A DNA stretch of 64,000 nucleotides, taken from the NCBI RefSeq assembly GCF_964194155.1, contig NC_135899.1:66340001-66404000 (forward strand). The letters run 5' to 3'. Shown here in pieces: positions 39,201-53,509 of the stretch. Both the position numbers and the translations under genes were made by a program. Under the pieces are notes generated by a model. That model was not told where the DNA came from. It was given only the letters and a program-made list of their open reading frames with translations, and searched no databases. The DNA comes from Cetorhinus maximus. Taxonomy: Eukaryota. Each line of letters begins with the position of its first letter. Positions within the stretch are counted from its first letter, which is position 1.

Positions 39201-41356
39201 CTGTGAACTTTCCATTTGGAATACTGGACAAATGACTATTCTCAGCAACAGGGCTTCAGACTGCTGTTATACATACTGGTTCTAATTCTATAATGGATTT
39301 ACAATTTACTACTCCTGCTAGAAGTGCACAGGAGGCAAAAGGAATTTACTGCTATTGTACCCAGACATGAGATTACTAAAATGGGGCAATAAACAACAAA
39401 AAAAAACATGGCTGAACCCTGATCAAAGCAGGACTGATTTCTCAATTTTAGAATGGCTAGGTTACATTTGAATCAAGGTTTCTATGCAATAGAACAGGAT
39501 GACAATGTGCAGGAAAAAAATCCCCATCCCCACCCCAGGATTTCTCCAACAAGGTTGAATTGAATTTGTACAATATATTCGGATCAAGTTTGCATTTATT
39601 TGAACTCTACTAGCCCAGTGAAAATAAAGAGAGAGGGAGAGAAAGAAAGAGAGAGACAGACAGACAAGAGTTAATACCACTCCTTGTATAACACAGTAGA
39701 CAGGCTGGCGGCTAAAGTTAATAGAATTTTTTTTTTTTGAAGGATAGAGAAAGTAACAAAAAGGGCTGTTCAATTTAAAAGAAAATTGCAGAAATGTGTC
39801 AGGTTCCTTGCATACTGACTGTCATGAGAAGATATGAATTACTATTTATGTGTGAATAAAAATATATAAATAGTAAATATGGTGCATTTGTGTTTGTCAT
39901 AAATATGGTGCATTTATTGTTTGTCACTATCCTGCAGTCATAAGGTTTTACACAATGTAATAAAATATCCCCAAAGTAGTTCAACCAACACATTGAAATG
40001 AAAGCATTCTACATAATTCTCTGTAGATGCAAAAATGAATGAGAATGGTTATATAAACAAAAATAAAATTGCTATAAGCCCTCAGCAGGACAAGGAATAT
40101 TTGTGGACAGAACGGCATAATTAATATTTTGGTTGTGGACCCTTTATCAAAGCTGGAGGAAAATACTAATAAATATATCTTTCTTTTAAATCTGAAAAGC
40201 GAAAATATTACAATACACCAAAGTTAGAAGTGATAATGGGACAAAAGGAAACATTATGAGTAAATCAAGTAAAAGATACAGACACAAAGATATAGAAATG
40301 GAACCACTAAAATCTGGCAAAGTAGAGCAGTTCAGGAACATGGTAGAAAAAAAAAGGGAGGGTGGGAAGCAGCTCAACATAAAAAGTGCAAACTATCTGG
40401 ACAGTGTGTTCTGATGCAGGATCTCCATCCCACATACAAACAGCTTCTTCCCTCATTCTCAGAAACAACATTCTTGGGGTGGAGACTCAATCTAAACACT
40501 TGGCTGAGAAGGTAGTCTGCATCATTGGTATCCACCAGCTTTATTCTTTTTCCTTCTGTGATATTTTCCTCCTTACTTTTGTGCTATTGATTCCTGGATG
40601 CCGCTCATTTGTCATATCTTCAAATAAGACAGCTTTTAGACAGTGGGACACTACAACTAACCACTGGGGGAGGTCCCAATCAACTTTTCGCCTCGAGTCA
40701 ATAGTTTGAAGATAGGGCTTCAGCCATAATGCTCTTCACTGCAGAATTGCCAGTTGACAATAAAAAAAAACTTTCCCGATCATGAATTCATGGGGCACAG
40801 CTTTCCACAATAGCACTAAACAGGAAATCACATATGCAAAGCCCAAGATTTCTTGCTCCTGATGGGTGAAATGGCACTGAGGATGCACAATTGGAAGGTT
40901 TAATCTAGTGTTCAGGCTTACATCTGAAGAATTAGCATTTGGTTGAAATCTTGAACAATAGTCTTATGATTCTCTCACAAGAAAACAGACACAATTAAAA
41001 AAAAAGTGCAATATAAAAGGAATAGGAAGATTTTAGGGTAGTTGAGCAAATATGGGTCTATAATGGGGTGATTCACACCAATTAGCTCTTGTTCCATGCA
41101 TGGCATCAAGATTCTTGAGTCTACAGATAAGTGGAGTGCATGTCAAATAGTAATATCACAAAAAGGCCTAAAATCATTAAATGTGGTAAACTCATCACTG
41201 GACACGACAAACTTTGTCAAATGACAATTCAGTACAGAATCAGAACGTAGTGTAAACCAGCAGTACAATTAACAGTTGTCTTTGTCTAAATCCAAGTTAC
41301 AATAACGAGGTAACTACCAGTGGACTAAAACAGAATAGAGTTATGGATCAGATCCT

Positions 41357-41362
41357 TTTATT
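41357..41362 (-). terminator. RPL11 polyadenylation signal
   Basis: AATAAA on the minus strand about 20 nt after the stop. A second AATAAA overlaps the stop codon. Confidence 0.7.
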
Positions 41363-41383
41363 ACTGATAGTTACAAAACATTT

Positions 41384-41413
41384 TTATTTTCCTGGGAGAA
41401 TGATACCATCGTA
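41384..41413 (-). CDS. RPL11: RPL11 exon 6 (30 nt)
   Basis: cag|YDGIILPGK*. Exon lengths sum to 537 nt, 178 aa plus stop. Confidence 0.96.
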   Translation of the reverse strand, partial: YDGIILPGK

Positions 41414-41534
41414 CTGCAAAATAAAAGAAAAGCAAATCATTAGAAAGTGAAATGCCTTGAAAACAAATTTCAGGTTGCATCTACATTTATGCAGACATTC
41501 AGATTGCTGAGTAACACCATGAAAGCAAAGGTAC

Positions 41535-41645
41535 CTTCTGTTGGAACCAACGCATAGCCTCCTCCTTGTTGATCCTGTGTTTGGCTCCAATGCGACCACG
41601 TTTACGCTTCTTGTCAGCAATGCTGAAGCCTGGTCTTCCCAGAAC
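41535..41645 (-). CDS. RPL11: RPL11 exon 5 (111 nt)
   Basis: [37 protein letters not shown]; tag/gt. Confidence 0.97.
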
Positions 41646-42289
41646 CTATAAAATTGAAAAGAGGAGGAAAGGAGTCACAACAGAAGCAACGGGTGGGAAA
41701 AGGAAAAGTCTTTATCTCCAAAGTTTCAAATTTCTAGGGTACTGGAGGAAACTATAAATGGGTTGGGCTTTAATTAAACTGAACCAACATCAATATCTTC
41801 AGATGGTAAATAGAAGAATGAGGGGAGAGTGAGGCAAGGGAGGGGCAAATCTTTGCAAATATGAAGTTAAGAATGCATATACTAAAGGGGCAAATTGTTC
41901 AATGGTTGGTCGGGGGTGGTGGGGTGGAGATAGAGAGAAAGAGCACACAAGAAAGGATAATAGAAAGGAAAAGGGAATTCAATATTCCAATTTATTCAAT
42001 TTTCAAGATAGGTGGTAAAGTGAAGATGTGTGGCCTATTAACTAAGGAGATAATTACAACCACCAGAAAGTTTATCATTGATGATTCTCAAACAAAATTT
42101 GTCTTGAAACCAATCACCATACTGGGTATACATTATAGATCAAATATTTCAGGAGGACAGAACAGTTGGCCATGTGCTCATTTCAGAGGGAAGAAGAGAG
42201 AGGTTTAGAGTGCAGATACATAGATCTTTATAAGTTGAGAGTATATAAAAACATTTACAGGAAGGATCCATGGGAAAGATACAAAGGTT

Positions 42290-43110
42290 CACTAGGTTCC
42301 AGGCTTGGGCTGACAAGTGGCGAGCAACATTCGTATCACAAAAATGACAGGCAATGACCATCTCCAACAAGAAAGAATCTAACCATTGTCCCCCGCCTTT
42401 AACATTCAATGGCAGTACCATCACTAAATCCTCCATTGTCAACATCCTGGGAGTTACTATTGAGCAGAAACGGAACTGGACTAGCCATATAAAAACCATG
42501 GTTACAACAGCAGGTCAAAGGCTAGGAATCCTGTGGTGAGTAACTCACCTCCTGACTCCGCAAAGCCTGTCCACCATCTACAAGGCACAAGTCAGGAGTG
42601 TGATAGGATACTCGCCACTTGCCTGGATGAGTGCAGCTCTAACAACACTCAAGAAGCTTGACACCATCCAGGACAAAGCAGCCCACCTGATTAACACCTC
42701 TTCCACAAACATTCACTCGATCCACCACCGACGAACAGTGGCAACAGTGTGTACCATCTACAAGATGCACTGCATAAACTCACCAAGACTCCTTAGACAG
42801 CACCTTCCAAACCCATGACTACTACCATCTAGAAGGACATGGGCTGCAGATACATGGGAACACCACCACCTGGAAGTTCCCTCCAAGCCACTCCACATCC
42901 TGACTTGGAAATATATCACCATTCCTTCACTGTCGCTGATCAAAATCCTAGAACTCCCTCCAAAACAGCACTGTGGGTATACCTACACCACAGACTGTAG
43001 CGGTTCAAGAGGGCAGCTCACCACCGCCTTCTCAAGGGCAATTAGGGATGGGCAATAAATGCTGGCCTAGCCAGCAACACCCACATCCCGTAAATGAATA
43101 ACAAAAACAA
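42290..43110 (+). mobile_element. Second LINE family (CR1/L2 group) 3' portion
   Basis: YKAQVRSV.GYSPLAWMSAALTTLKKLDTIQDKAA; tail ttctcaagggcaattagggatgggcaataaatgctgg. Confidence 0.85.
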
Positions 43111-43139
43111 CAATCAGCTCTGTTTGACGAAAATGTTTT

Positions 43140-44360
43140 TTACCACAAAGATGAGGGTAGTGCAGTTGATGTAGTTTATATGGATTTCAGCAAAGCCTTT
43201 GACAAGGTCCCACGTGGGAGACTTATAAAGGCGGCAAATGCACATGGGATACCGGATAATTTGATAAGGTGGATTCAAAATTGGCTTAGTTGTAGGAGAC
43301 AAAGGGTGATGACAGAAGGCTGATTTAGTGACTGGAAGCCCGTGTCCAGTGGCGTACCACAGGGATCTGTGCTGGGTCCCCTGTTATTTGTCATTTATAT
43401 AAACAACATAGATGACTATGTGGGGTGTAGGATTAGTAAGTTTGCAGATGATACAAAGATTGGCCGGGTGGTTAACAGTGAGGTTGAGTGTCTTGGGCTA
43501 CAGGAAGATATAGACGGGATGGTCAAATGGGCAGATAAGTGGCAGATGGAATTTAACCCTGAAAAGTATGAGGTGATACACTTTGGAAGGAGTAATTTGA
43601 CAAGGAAGCATTCAACGAACGGCATGACACTAGGAAGCTCTGAGGAACAAAGGGACCTTGGCGTGTGTGTCCATAGATCTCTGAAGGCGGAGGGGCATGT
43701 TAGTGGGGTGGTGAAAAAGGCATATGGGACACTTGCCTTTATCAATCGAGGCATAGATTACAAAAGTAGGGAGGTCATGTTGGAGTTGTATAGAACCTTG
43801 GTAAGGCCACAGCTGGAGTACTGTGTGCAGTTCTGGTCGCCACATTATAGGAAGGATGTGATTGCACTGGAGGGGGTGCAAAGGAGATTCACCAGGATGT
43901 TGCCTGGGATGAAACATTTAAGTTATGAAGAGAGGTTGGATAGACTTGGGTTGTTTTTGTTGGAGCAGAGAAGACTGAGGGGCGACCTGATCGAGGTGTA
44001 CAAGATTATGAGGGGCATGGACAGGGTGGATAGGGAGCAGCTGTTCCACTTAGTTGAAGGATCAGTCATGAGGGGACACAAGTTCAAGGTGAGGGGCAGG
44101 AGGTTTAGGGGGGATGTGAGGAGAATCTTTTTTACCCAGAGGGGGGTGATGGTCTGGAATGCACTGCCTGGGAGGGTGGTGGAGGCGGGTTGCCTCACAT
44201 CCTTTAAAAAGTACCTGGATGAGCACTTGGCACGTCATAACATTCAAGGCTATGGGCCAAGTGCTGGTAAATGGGATTAGGTAGGTAGGTTAGGTGTTTC
44301 TCATGTATCGATGCAGACTCGATAGGCTGAAGGGCCTCTTCTGCACTGTGATTCTGTGAA
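43140..44360 (+). mobile_element. CR1 LINE, young subfamily, 312-aa open ORF2 C-terminus
   Basis: GVPQGSVLGPLLF, FADDTK, LRGDLIEVYKI; tail tgtgattctgtg. Confidence 0.95.
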
Positions 44361-44693
44361 ACAAGTGTTATTAGAATATGGAGTGACTTACACGAGTGAT
44401 TACCAAAACAGAGATTATTTATTTTTAAAAACTGGATGAGTGTTTGAAAAGAAATATAAAACAGAACAGAGGCCAAAAAAATACAATTACAGTAGAGAGT
44501 TCTAGTTGAAGAGCTAGCACTGGAACAGGTGTGGGATCAAGTGACCTCTTATGCTGCAGTTTCAGTATTTCAATTTTCATTCAGTAATTCTCAATGTCAC
44601 TAAGGGAACACTTGCAGCATATTTTACCTTCATTATGGTTCTTGGCTGGCTTTGAACCACCATTCTCACAGTCTGCTGAACAATGATACTGGG

Positions 44694-44927
44694 ACAAAAA
44701 CAGAAAATGCTGGAAAAACTCAGTAGGTCCAGCAGCATCTGTGGAGAGAGAAACAGAGTTAACATTTCGAGTCTGTATGACCCTTCTTCAGAGCATCCAG
44801 GTCATACGGACTTGAAACGTTAACTCTGTTTCTCTCTCCACAGATGCTGCTGGGCCTACTGAGTTTTTCCAGCATTTTCTGTTTTTGTTTCAAATTTCCA
44901 GCATCTGCAGTATTTTGCTTTTATAAT
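44694..44927. mobile_element. Fold-back Penelope-terminus mini-insertion in RPL11 intron 4
   Basis: Two inverted 3' ends; TSD atgatactggg at 44683-44693 and 44928-44938. Left arm has the CTGAAGA core on the minus strand. Confidence 0.8.
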
Positions 44928-47719
44928 ATGATACTGGGCCCAGTTGGAATACCATGCCGATTCCTCTTTCCATCATTAGGAGTGGAAGCATATTATTTGA
45001 AAACAGATTACCCCAACTTTCAGAGAAAGTAAGTTTGAAGTTTGGTTTCCGGTCAGTGCTAAGTTAGCTGATCTAGGCCAGGCCATCAGTAAAAAGAAAA
45101 TGATCCCCTCCATGATCACTATCTAGTTATTCCTGCTGAAGTGCTTATAAATGGATGTCAGCTGAGACGGAAACATGGATGCATTGACCCACTGAGCAAA
45201 TAAACAACCATCTGAAATGGTACCACAATAGAAAAAAGGGTCTTAAAAAGAAACATTGCTGCACATTTAATAACAGGTATATGTATTTATCATATATGGA
45301 GAGTGTTTAATTAATCCAGTGATATAACAGCATGATGTCAGGAATCCTTTTGAAATCGGTTTCATCACTTCTTCTCCCATAAAGGAAGATCTCACCCATT
45401 TCCCAAAAGTAAAAAAAGGTGATGTCCTCCTGGTCTTGATCATAAGTAAATAGAAAAGTCACCTATTAAAGGCCAAAATGATCCAGTTCTAGAGTGGGAA
45501 GCTGAATTCTCATGCTTAACACCATCTATGCTGCTGCATCACAACCAAGTCATCGGGAAATAATGGTTTTAAAATCTAATACTTAAAATCAAATTTTTTT
45601 TAAAAAACTTTGAAAGACATTATTTTCTACCTCCAATCTCTTTTCCATGACATACATTAGCCCCTTTAAGTGCCCAAGCCAATCTTCTGACAGGCATCTC
45701 CCACACTGCTTTGAAACAACAGGCCACAATTTCCTCAAAATAAGCGAGGCTAATGGCATTTGCTGTTATTTATGCATAAATAGTACAGTAACTTCAAGGG
45801 GCAGATGGGAGGTTAAATGTAAATATCCAAAAGTCACTGCCGGAGTTGCACCACTCCACCATTAACTTCACAAAAATTACATCATGCTGCTTGCCTCACC
45901 ATTGAAATGCATGGAGTTGCTATATTTAGGTAGCAGATCAACTTAAACGCCCCATGGAAAGTTCTCTATCATCTCAACTCTAAGTACTCTTCTAATGATA
46001 AGTGTTAATTGCTGCCAAACAACCTCTCTGGCACTGAAAATTAACTATAAGTATGGAATCCCATTCCTTCAGGTATTAACTGTAGAAATGTTTAGGTTTT
46101 GTAATTAGTTTGGTTATGGTAACAGTCAAGTAATTGAAATATATTAACTCAACACAATATTTTGCTGAGTTGTAGTCAATACAGGGCATGAGTCACATGA
46201 CTAGGCCCCTGTTAAAATTGCGTAAAGCAAAACAACTGCAAGGTTTTATAAAATTAGTCAGAATTAGCTTAGTCCTTTTAACCTGTACTATTATAAATAT
46301 GTAACCATCTTTGGTTTTGTAAGTTTACAGTTGAGTTCTGTAATCAGTTTTCATAGCTCCATAGTTTTTATAACTTGTATTCTTTATGAACCTGTAATGT
46401 ATTAGGCTGTATTCTATATCTGTATCTTGTTACCTTAAGTTTAACACACCAGTCATCTGTAGGCACTGATTTTTATATGTACTTACGTAGACTTCATGTA
46501 ACAGAATCACAATCTTTAAGGTGCAGAAGGAGGCCATTTGGCCCATCAAGTCTGCACTAGCTCACTGAAAGAGCATTCTACCTAATCCCACTCCCGTGCC
46601 TTATACCCATAACCTTGCACATTCTTTTCAGATAGCAATCCAAAACCTCTGTAATTTGGTCATTTCTGTAAGATTATGCACCCCTCTGTACTCCCTTTAC
46701 TATATTTTAATTAACTTTTACAAACCACAGGCAGATAAGAATTCTATAAAACACCTAGACATCAATTAAACATTTGGGTTACTGAGTCTAAATGTTAATC
46801 AGTAATGCTAGTAACCACACACTCTTATCTTGAACAAACACACACCAAAACTAAAAGCAGACATTGAAACTATTGGTAAGTCACAAAATGTAATAATAGG
46901 AAAGGCTACAATGAGGGTGATGGTCTTATGCATAATTAATACAATAGACAATCATCCACCACCCAATTGAATCAAAAACTGATCATGCACCACTTGAGCC
47001 AATCAGAATCCAAAAACAGAAGAAGTCGTCATGCACATGGGTTGTAGTTTTGAAAGAGCTTTGAGTAAATTCACCGTGCCTGTTAGAAGGCCGAACTGAA
47101 GTATGCTTTCCAGCCAGAGCAGAAGATCACAACACTCAAGGGACTGATAAGTATCACCTTGTGCCCTAGGCTGAATCAGGAAGTAAGAACCGCATTGAAC
47201 CAATAAAGTCACTGCCTTTGTTAAGCATTGCTTAATAAATATTTCCTGACTCACATCACCAGAATGTCTCCTAATGCCTGAATGGTCAAAGTATCAAAAG
47301 GACAAATTAATATTGAGTAAATGGATTTGGAGGTCAAACACCCCCAAAACTTAAATAACTTGGAGATTTAGAAGTAATTTAAAATTCAAATGTTTGTGTT
47401 TTTTTTCTATTAATCCAACCTTTCTGTACCCGGTATCGATATTGAGTTCTTCCACTCTAAGTTACACTTCATTCTCAATCCTTGTTCCGTTTATTTCTCA
47501 ATCCTTCAACCTGATTTGTTAAGGAGATAGAGTAGCTTACCCTGTTCACTCAGATCCCAGATGCCTTGTTTCCTTTGTTGCAGCATTATCAGCTTACACT
47601 TGCAACAATTTGTCATTCAAAAAAGGTAAAACCTAAACATACAAAGCATGTTTAAAATAACAGCAGGTATCATTAGATGCCTCACTCCAACAAATTATGG
47701 CCCAATGTATTTGAAACTT

Positions 47720-48205
47720 GTGAGAACACAAGAACTAGGAGGAGTAGACCATACGGCTCACTGGACCTGCTCTGCCATTCAATATGATCATGACCGATTT
47801 TGGGCTTCAGCTCCATTTTCCTGTCTGCTTCACATATCCCTTAATTCCCCAGTACGCCAAAAATCTATCTATGCCAGCTTTAAAAATATTCAATGGTGAA
47901 GCATCCACAACTCTCTGGGTTAGAGAATCCCAAAGGTTCCCAACCCTTTTGAGTGAAGCAATTTCTCCACATCTCAGTCCTATATGATTGGCCCCTTATC
48001 CTGATACTATGCCCAGTATTTTAGACTCCCTGGCCAGTGGAAACAATCGCTCCTGTGTCCACCCCATCAAGTTCCTTCAGAATTTTGTAGGTTTTGATGC
48101 GATTGCTTCTCACTCTTCTAAACTCCAGAGAACATAAGCTCAATTTACTTAGCCTCTCATTATAGGACAACCCCCTCATCCCAGCGACCAATTTAGTAAA
48201 ACTTA
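47720..48205 (-). mobile_element. CR1 3' portion
   Basis: Reverse-complement CR1 tail (aagaactaggaggagtagacc...) and ORF2 end. Confidence 0.8.
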
Positions 48206-49381
48206 GCGAGGAGCCTCATCGTTTGTGTGTGCAACTAATATCATGCCACCCAGCAGCACAGCACACTGCAATTCTAATAAGTTTGAATATATTTGAACAA
48301 CAGTATCTTCCATTCTGCCACCAAATGTTACTATTTATTAGTTCAGTAAAGGGAAACACCATTAATACAAAAAGAATCTCTTACCACGCATTATGTATGT
48401 TATCAGTATTACCTGCCCATCACATTACCTCCCCACCTCCTCGCCAAGTCCAAGTAGCCATTCTTCTTGTGTGACTAAAAAGACGGCAAGTAGTAACGAT
48501 CAGAGGCATCACAATCAAATGCATCCTGTTCTCCTAAGATATCTACACTCTTTTCAACTGGAATTACAACAATTAGCAGCAGGAATCCTTGGCCTTTAGG
48601 GCAAGACAGTCCAGGATTACCCCTTTGTCTGTGCTGAGTTAGCTTAAGGTAGAAACAGGGAGTACGCTATATCATATCCCCACTAATCGGGAAGAGTGGG
48701 GAAAGTTTTTTTTGTAAAAGCCAATTCACCCGTCTCCTATCACTATCTAGTGCCTACCCTGGAAAGTGCACAGTGAGAATTTGAATCAGATCAGCCATGT
48801 CACCTTCAAAAGCACACCAACACTCGAACTGGAGTGAAACATAAAGAATGGCTTAGGGCAATCTACCAGAAGCTGGGTAATGCTCTAAGAGCCATAAATC
48901 AAAAAAGTCAGCACATTCAAGACAGCAGGGGAAAAAAAACTGCATCAAAATGGTGTAATGGGGGAATTCTAGTTTTGAAGCTTCAGCCATGCTACAACCT
49001 CAATACACTAAGTTACTATCCAAACACAATGGCCAGTATAATGATTTCATTTCAGAATCTGAGGTCACACATAGAACCTATACTGCATTTTGTAATTCGT
49101 AAAATTAGAACAAGAGTATCAATGACCAAGAATTATAAAATTATATAGGGTTGGGATAAATTAAAATTAATATAGCTTCTTCACTATACAGGGCTTGGGC
49201 ACAACTTAATCTAGTATTGGGACACTGGAATATCTAGATAAATAACTAGGATGGGTTAAGTTTTACACTAGCTGCCATTCTGCACTAATGAAAATGTATT
49301 AAATAAAAATCTGAAGCAATTTTTTAAGTCAACTTACTTTATAGACAGCAGGGCTGAGAGACCTGGGAACAGAAGACTTTG

Positions 49382-49512
49382 TAAAAGCAAAATACTGCGG
49401 ATGCTGGAAATCTGAAATAAAAACAAAGTGCTGAAAAAATCAGCAGGTCTGGTAGCACCGGTGGAGAGAGAAACAGAGATAGCGTTTTGAGTCCGATATG
49501 ACTTTTCTTTGG
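49382..49512 (-). mobile_element. Penelope 3'-end fragment, degenerate
   Basis: aaatactgcggatgctggaaatctg...cagcaggtctggtagca family tail. Confidence 0.65.
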
Positions 49513-49638
49513 GACTCAGAAGTAGAAGTTTTGGCTTGGATCAATGTATGCAGGAAATAGCTGGGCCCAGAAAAATATCCCTTGGGGAAAAATGCTTTTA
49601 AGCAGCACATTTAAATGCATATTCATCCAACTGTTTTA

Positions 49639-49938
<300 letters not shown>

Positions 49939-50091
49939 CTAGCTACTTTGATAAATGATATTATTTTACTCATTTGAGTCACACTCAAAATTTCAACTCA
50001 AACCGTTTCCACCAACTCCACCCAAGGTAAAGACTTCTCCCAGAGGTCAGCATTAATCAATTAAAGAATTAAGGAACAAAGAAAAAAAGGT

Positions 50092-50202
50092 TTTGATGAC
50101 AGGTCACTGACATGACATGCTAACACTGTTTCTTTCTCCACAGATGCTGCCTGACCTGAGTATTTCCAGCATTTTTATTTCATCTACAGTATTTTGCTTT
50201 TG
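50092..50202 (+). mobile_element. Penelope 3'-end fragment, degenerate
   Basis: tctccacagatgctgcctgacctgag...gtattttgctttt family tail. Confidence 0.6.
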
Positions 50203-50295
50203 TGCTAAAATTACAGGAATTATGCATTTTCCCCAAAGAGGTGACTTCTACAATTACTTCAACAAACTACTGCAAAATAAAGCCATCCTACTCAC

Positions 50296-50402
50296 TTTAA
50301 GGCCTTTCTCCAGGATCTCCTCGGCTTTGGCACCACGGACTGTGCAGTGAACAGCAATTTTTTCATTTCTCCTGATACCAAAAGATCTCACAGTGTAGCG
50401 AG
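50296..50402 (-). CDS. RPL11: RPL11 exon 3 (107 nt)
   Basis: [36 protein letters not shown]; cag/gtgagt. Confidence 0.97.
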
Positions 50403-50474
50403 CTGATGAAGAACATACATTATTTGACAATGCTATAAATTCAAAAGCATTTAAATAAAGCTTTATCAAGCTCA

Positions 50475-50645
<171 letters not shown>

Positions 50646-50824
50646 CTAAAATAAGGGATTACTTTAGAAACCAAGATATATTTTGCTGACATTATGTGGT
50701 GCTATACAGCTATGCTTTATATCAAAAATGACCATGTATTTATTGGGCTGAAAACCACTGGTGGAGATTTAAAAGGACTGAACAGCAGCATTCATTTAAA
50801 AAATGACTTAAAACAACAGTTGCT

Positions 50825-50974
50825 AAGATGCCAAACATTTGCATCACTCTTACCAAGATGCCAAACATTTGCATCACTCTTACCAAGATGCCAAACATTT
50901 GCATCACTCTTACCAAGATGCCAAACATTTGCATCACTCTTACCAAGATGCCAAACATTTGCATCACTCTTACC
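50825..50974. repeat. Perfect minisatellite, 5 x 30 bp
   Basis: Unit aagatgccaaacatttgcatcactcttacc, five identical copies. Confidence 0.97.
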
Positions 50975-51332
50975 TTACAAATTCCAAAGCCATTACAATG
51001 GAGTCAGACTGTCCAGAAAACCTCATCAGAAATAACCACTTTGGAGAGTGTGTGAATGTACAACCTCCTAGCCCATTCACAAAATTCTTTCGAGTTATCA
51101 ACAGTCACAGATTGCAACTCTTTTGAGTACAATCACAGTTCTTGGTTTCCAGGAGTGGGACATGAACCCACAACCCTCTGATTCAAAGGCGAGGGTGCTA
51201 TGGACTGAGCCACAGCTGACACCCCCCCATTCACAAAACATGCAGACAATCACCTGTGTACTCAACTGGGCGTGGAACAAGGATTAGGTATAATCCTTTT
51301 AGACAATTAACACAGTTTAGACTTGATTAGAT

Positions 51333-51990
51333 TGTGGCTATGTACCTGGAATCAACTTGCTGTGACCACATTTGGGTAATTGGTCAATTGGCGAGAGGAG
51401 ATCATGTGATGATCTCACTAACCCTCTTTGTTAAGAAACTGCTTTTCTCCGGGCTGCAGAACAGATGCAGAAGCAGAACCCCTGAGTGGGGCACACTCTC
51501 TACCCAACCTGCCAGTTTAAACCCTGCCTGCTGTTTTGATAATCTACTCACTGTAAGCAGTGTTTTCAAGAACTAACCCAGCAGCTGCTGTCTCCAGAAG
51601 AACAGATAAATCATCTGTCAATATCTTTAAAGTGTTACAATGCCAAATTCTGAGGAACCATCAAGCCCAGCCTGAAACCAGTCATCAACCTTCAAGATCC
51701 GTATATCACTACCTTTTATTTGACTTTAAAAATTGCTTAATGTATCCTCTCGCTTTGTAAATTACTTGTGTATGAAAGTCAGAGTGTTTTCATCATTTTT
51801 AGATTGGGTGTTAAGTACAACGAATACTAGTATCTTTTCTTTTAAAAACCTACACGACCTGTTGTGTCTTTGACAGTCACAGCATGTAAACAGTTAATTG
51901 GCAAGCATATCCTTTTAAAAAAAAACCTTTTGCAGGTAAACAAGGTGTGGGAAAAGAGGAGCCATTCTACTCCTCCTCACCTGGTCATAG
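51333..51990 (+). mobile_element. Possible solo LTR in RPL11 intron 1
   Basis: TG start, ...cctggtcata end, LTR-like composition. No clear TSD. Confidence 0.3.
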
Positions 51991-53509
51991 AGGTTTAGAG
52001 CTGACTATTGTGGTCACAATGACTTCCTTTTCTCTTCACCCTCTCTCCTCAAAAATTCACCTTCCAGGCAACTTTCCTCCTGTACCTCTCCCACCAAAAG
52101 CAGTTACAATAGTGCTGCCACTAGGATTTCAGTAAATGTATGAGATCTCCTTACTTTAACCTTGCAGTACAACTGTAAATGTTACCTTGTCTCAAACCAG
52201 AGTTGTAATTTTGAATTATTCAATAAGAGTGAAGTACTGGTTATTACAGGTATGTCACTGATAGAAAGAGCAAAATGTGCCTTTTTCCCCCGTTATATCC
52301 TGGTACTAGAATGCCAAATAAATCTAGCAAACAGCATTGCAACTGTTCCTAGTTCCACAATTTAGCAGTCTGACAAAAATCAGGAAATCAGCCTCTATTC
52401 AGTTCAGTGTCCTGCACTCAGATTCCAAATTTATTACACACCCTTTCGATGGCATTGTAATAATGACCTATCGCAGCAATTTCAATCATCTGAAGTAAAA
52501 ATCTGTTTGCAAAAGTTAATAGGATTATACTTCCGTACACCAACAAATTCATCAGATTAAAAATCATACAATCAACACACTTCTCCCACAATAATTATTT
52601 TATATGTCTGTTGTCAACTGAAATGGATAAAGAACACTTTCACTGATTTTTGACAACTCAAACCACAATTTCAAGTTGTGAATTTTCTTCAATATTAAAC
52701 ACTCAGCTCACCAGGGGTTGTTAGAAGTGAGCTACCTGTACAGGTGAATTAAATTCAAGCTTCTATAGAAATTGAAAGTTATTTTTAAGCATTACAGATC
52801 ACTGCTGTGGTGAAGACAGCTTCCAATTCATATAAAACAGGATTTAAGCTCCAAAACCTCAAAGCTCAATAGGATTTTGGTACGGCAGCTTTGATAAAAC
52901 AGGAACTATATTCCAAGCCCTAATGAACGAGGTAACCATCAATCCAGATACTTGTGGCACTCAATCCCACCCATCATTCATCCAACTGCACTTCATGCCC
53001 TTAATATCTTTGCCGCTAAACACCTCAACATTAGAGTAAATAAATTCAAAAGCCAATTATAAATAAACCTATAGATTAAATTGATGTTCTCAGGCCCTTC
53101 AGGCTAACTCCCTTCGAACTAATAAACTATGATGACCTCCTATATTATCTAATATACCTCAATTCTTCCCACCAAACTTACAGCCTCCTGTCTGAACCAT
53201 AAAACTTGAGCTTCTCTAATCTTTCTGCAGTCATGAACATCAGCCACTGGCATGATTTTTTTTTAAAAATTCAGTAGCTATCTTGCTAGATTGCCTATTT
53301 TTAAAAAATATACAGTATACAACTATATTAAAATTTAAAGTCACTCCTGCTTTTGAAGCTTGTACCTTATGTAACAAATTGTGGGATCAAAATAGCCAGA
53401 AATTGAATAGTTTGCTATAAACTTGTCAATTCTGTTCTAAGAAAATAAAATCTGCTCTCTGACCCATTAATTTTAAAAATTCTATTAAGAAAATTTAAAA
53501 ACATGTGAC

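Noticed and set aside
43342-44280. 312-aa ORF as a host gene
   Set aside because: C-terminal part of CR1 ORF2 in a 5'-truncated copy, with an upstream stop and no ATG start.
46081-47360. Possible LTR-like insertion splitting an older repeat
   Set aside because: Termini and TSD could not be defined reliably.
50825-50974. CRISPR-like array of palindromic 30-bp repeats
   Set aside because: Repeats are contiguous with no spacers, there are no cas genes, and the context is a eukaryotic intron. The overlapping repetitive ORFs are by-products.
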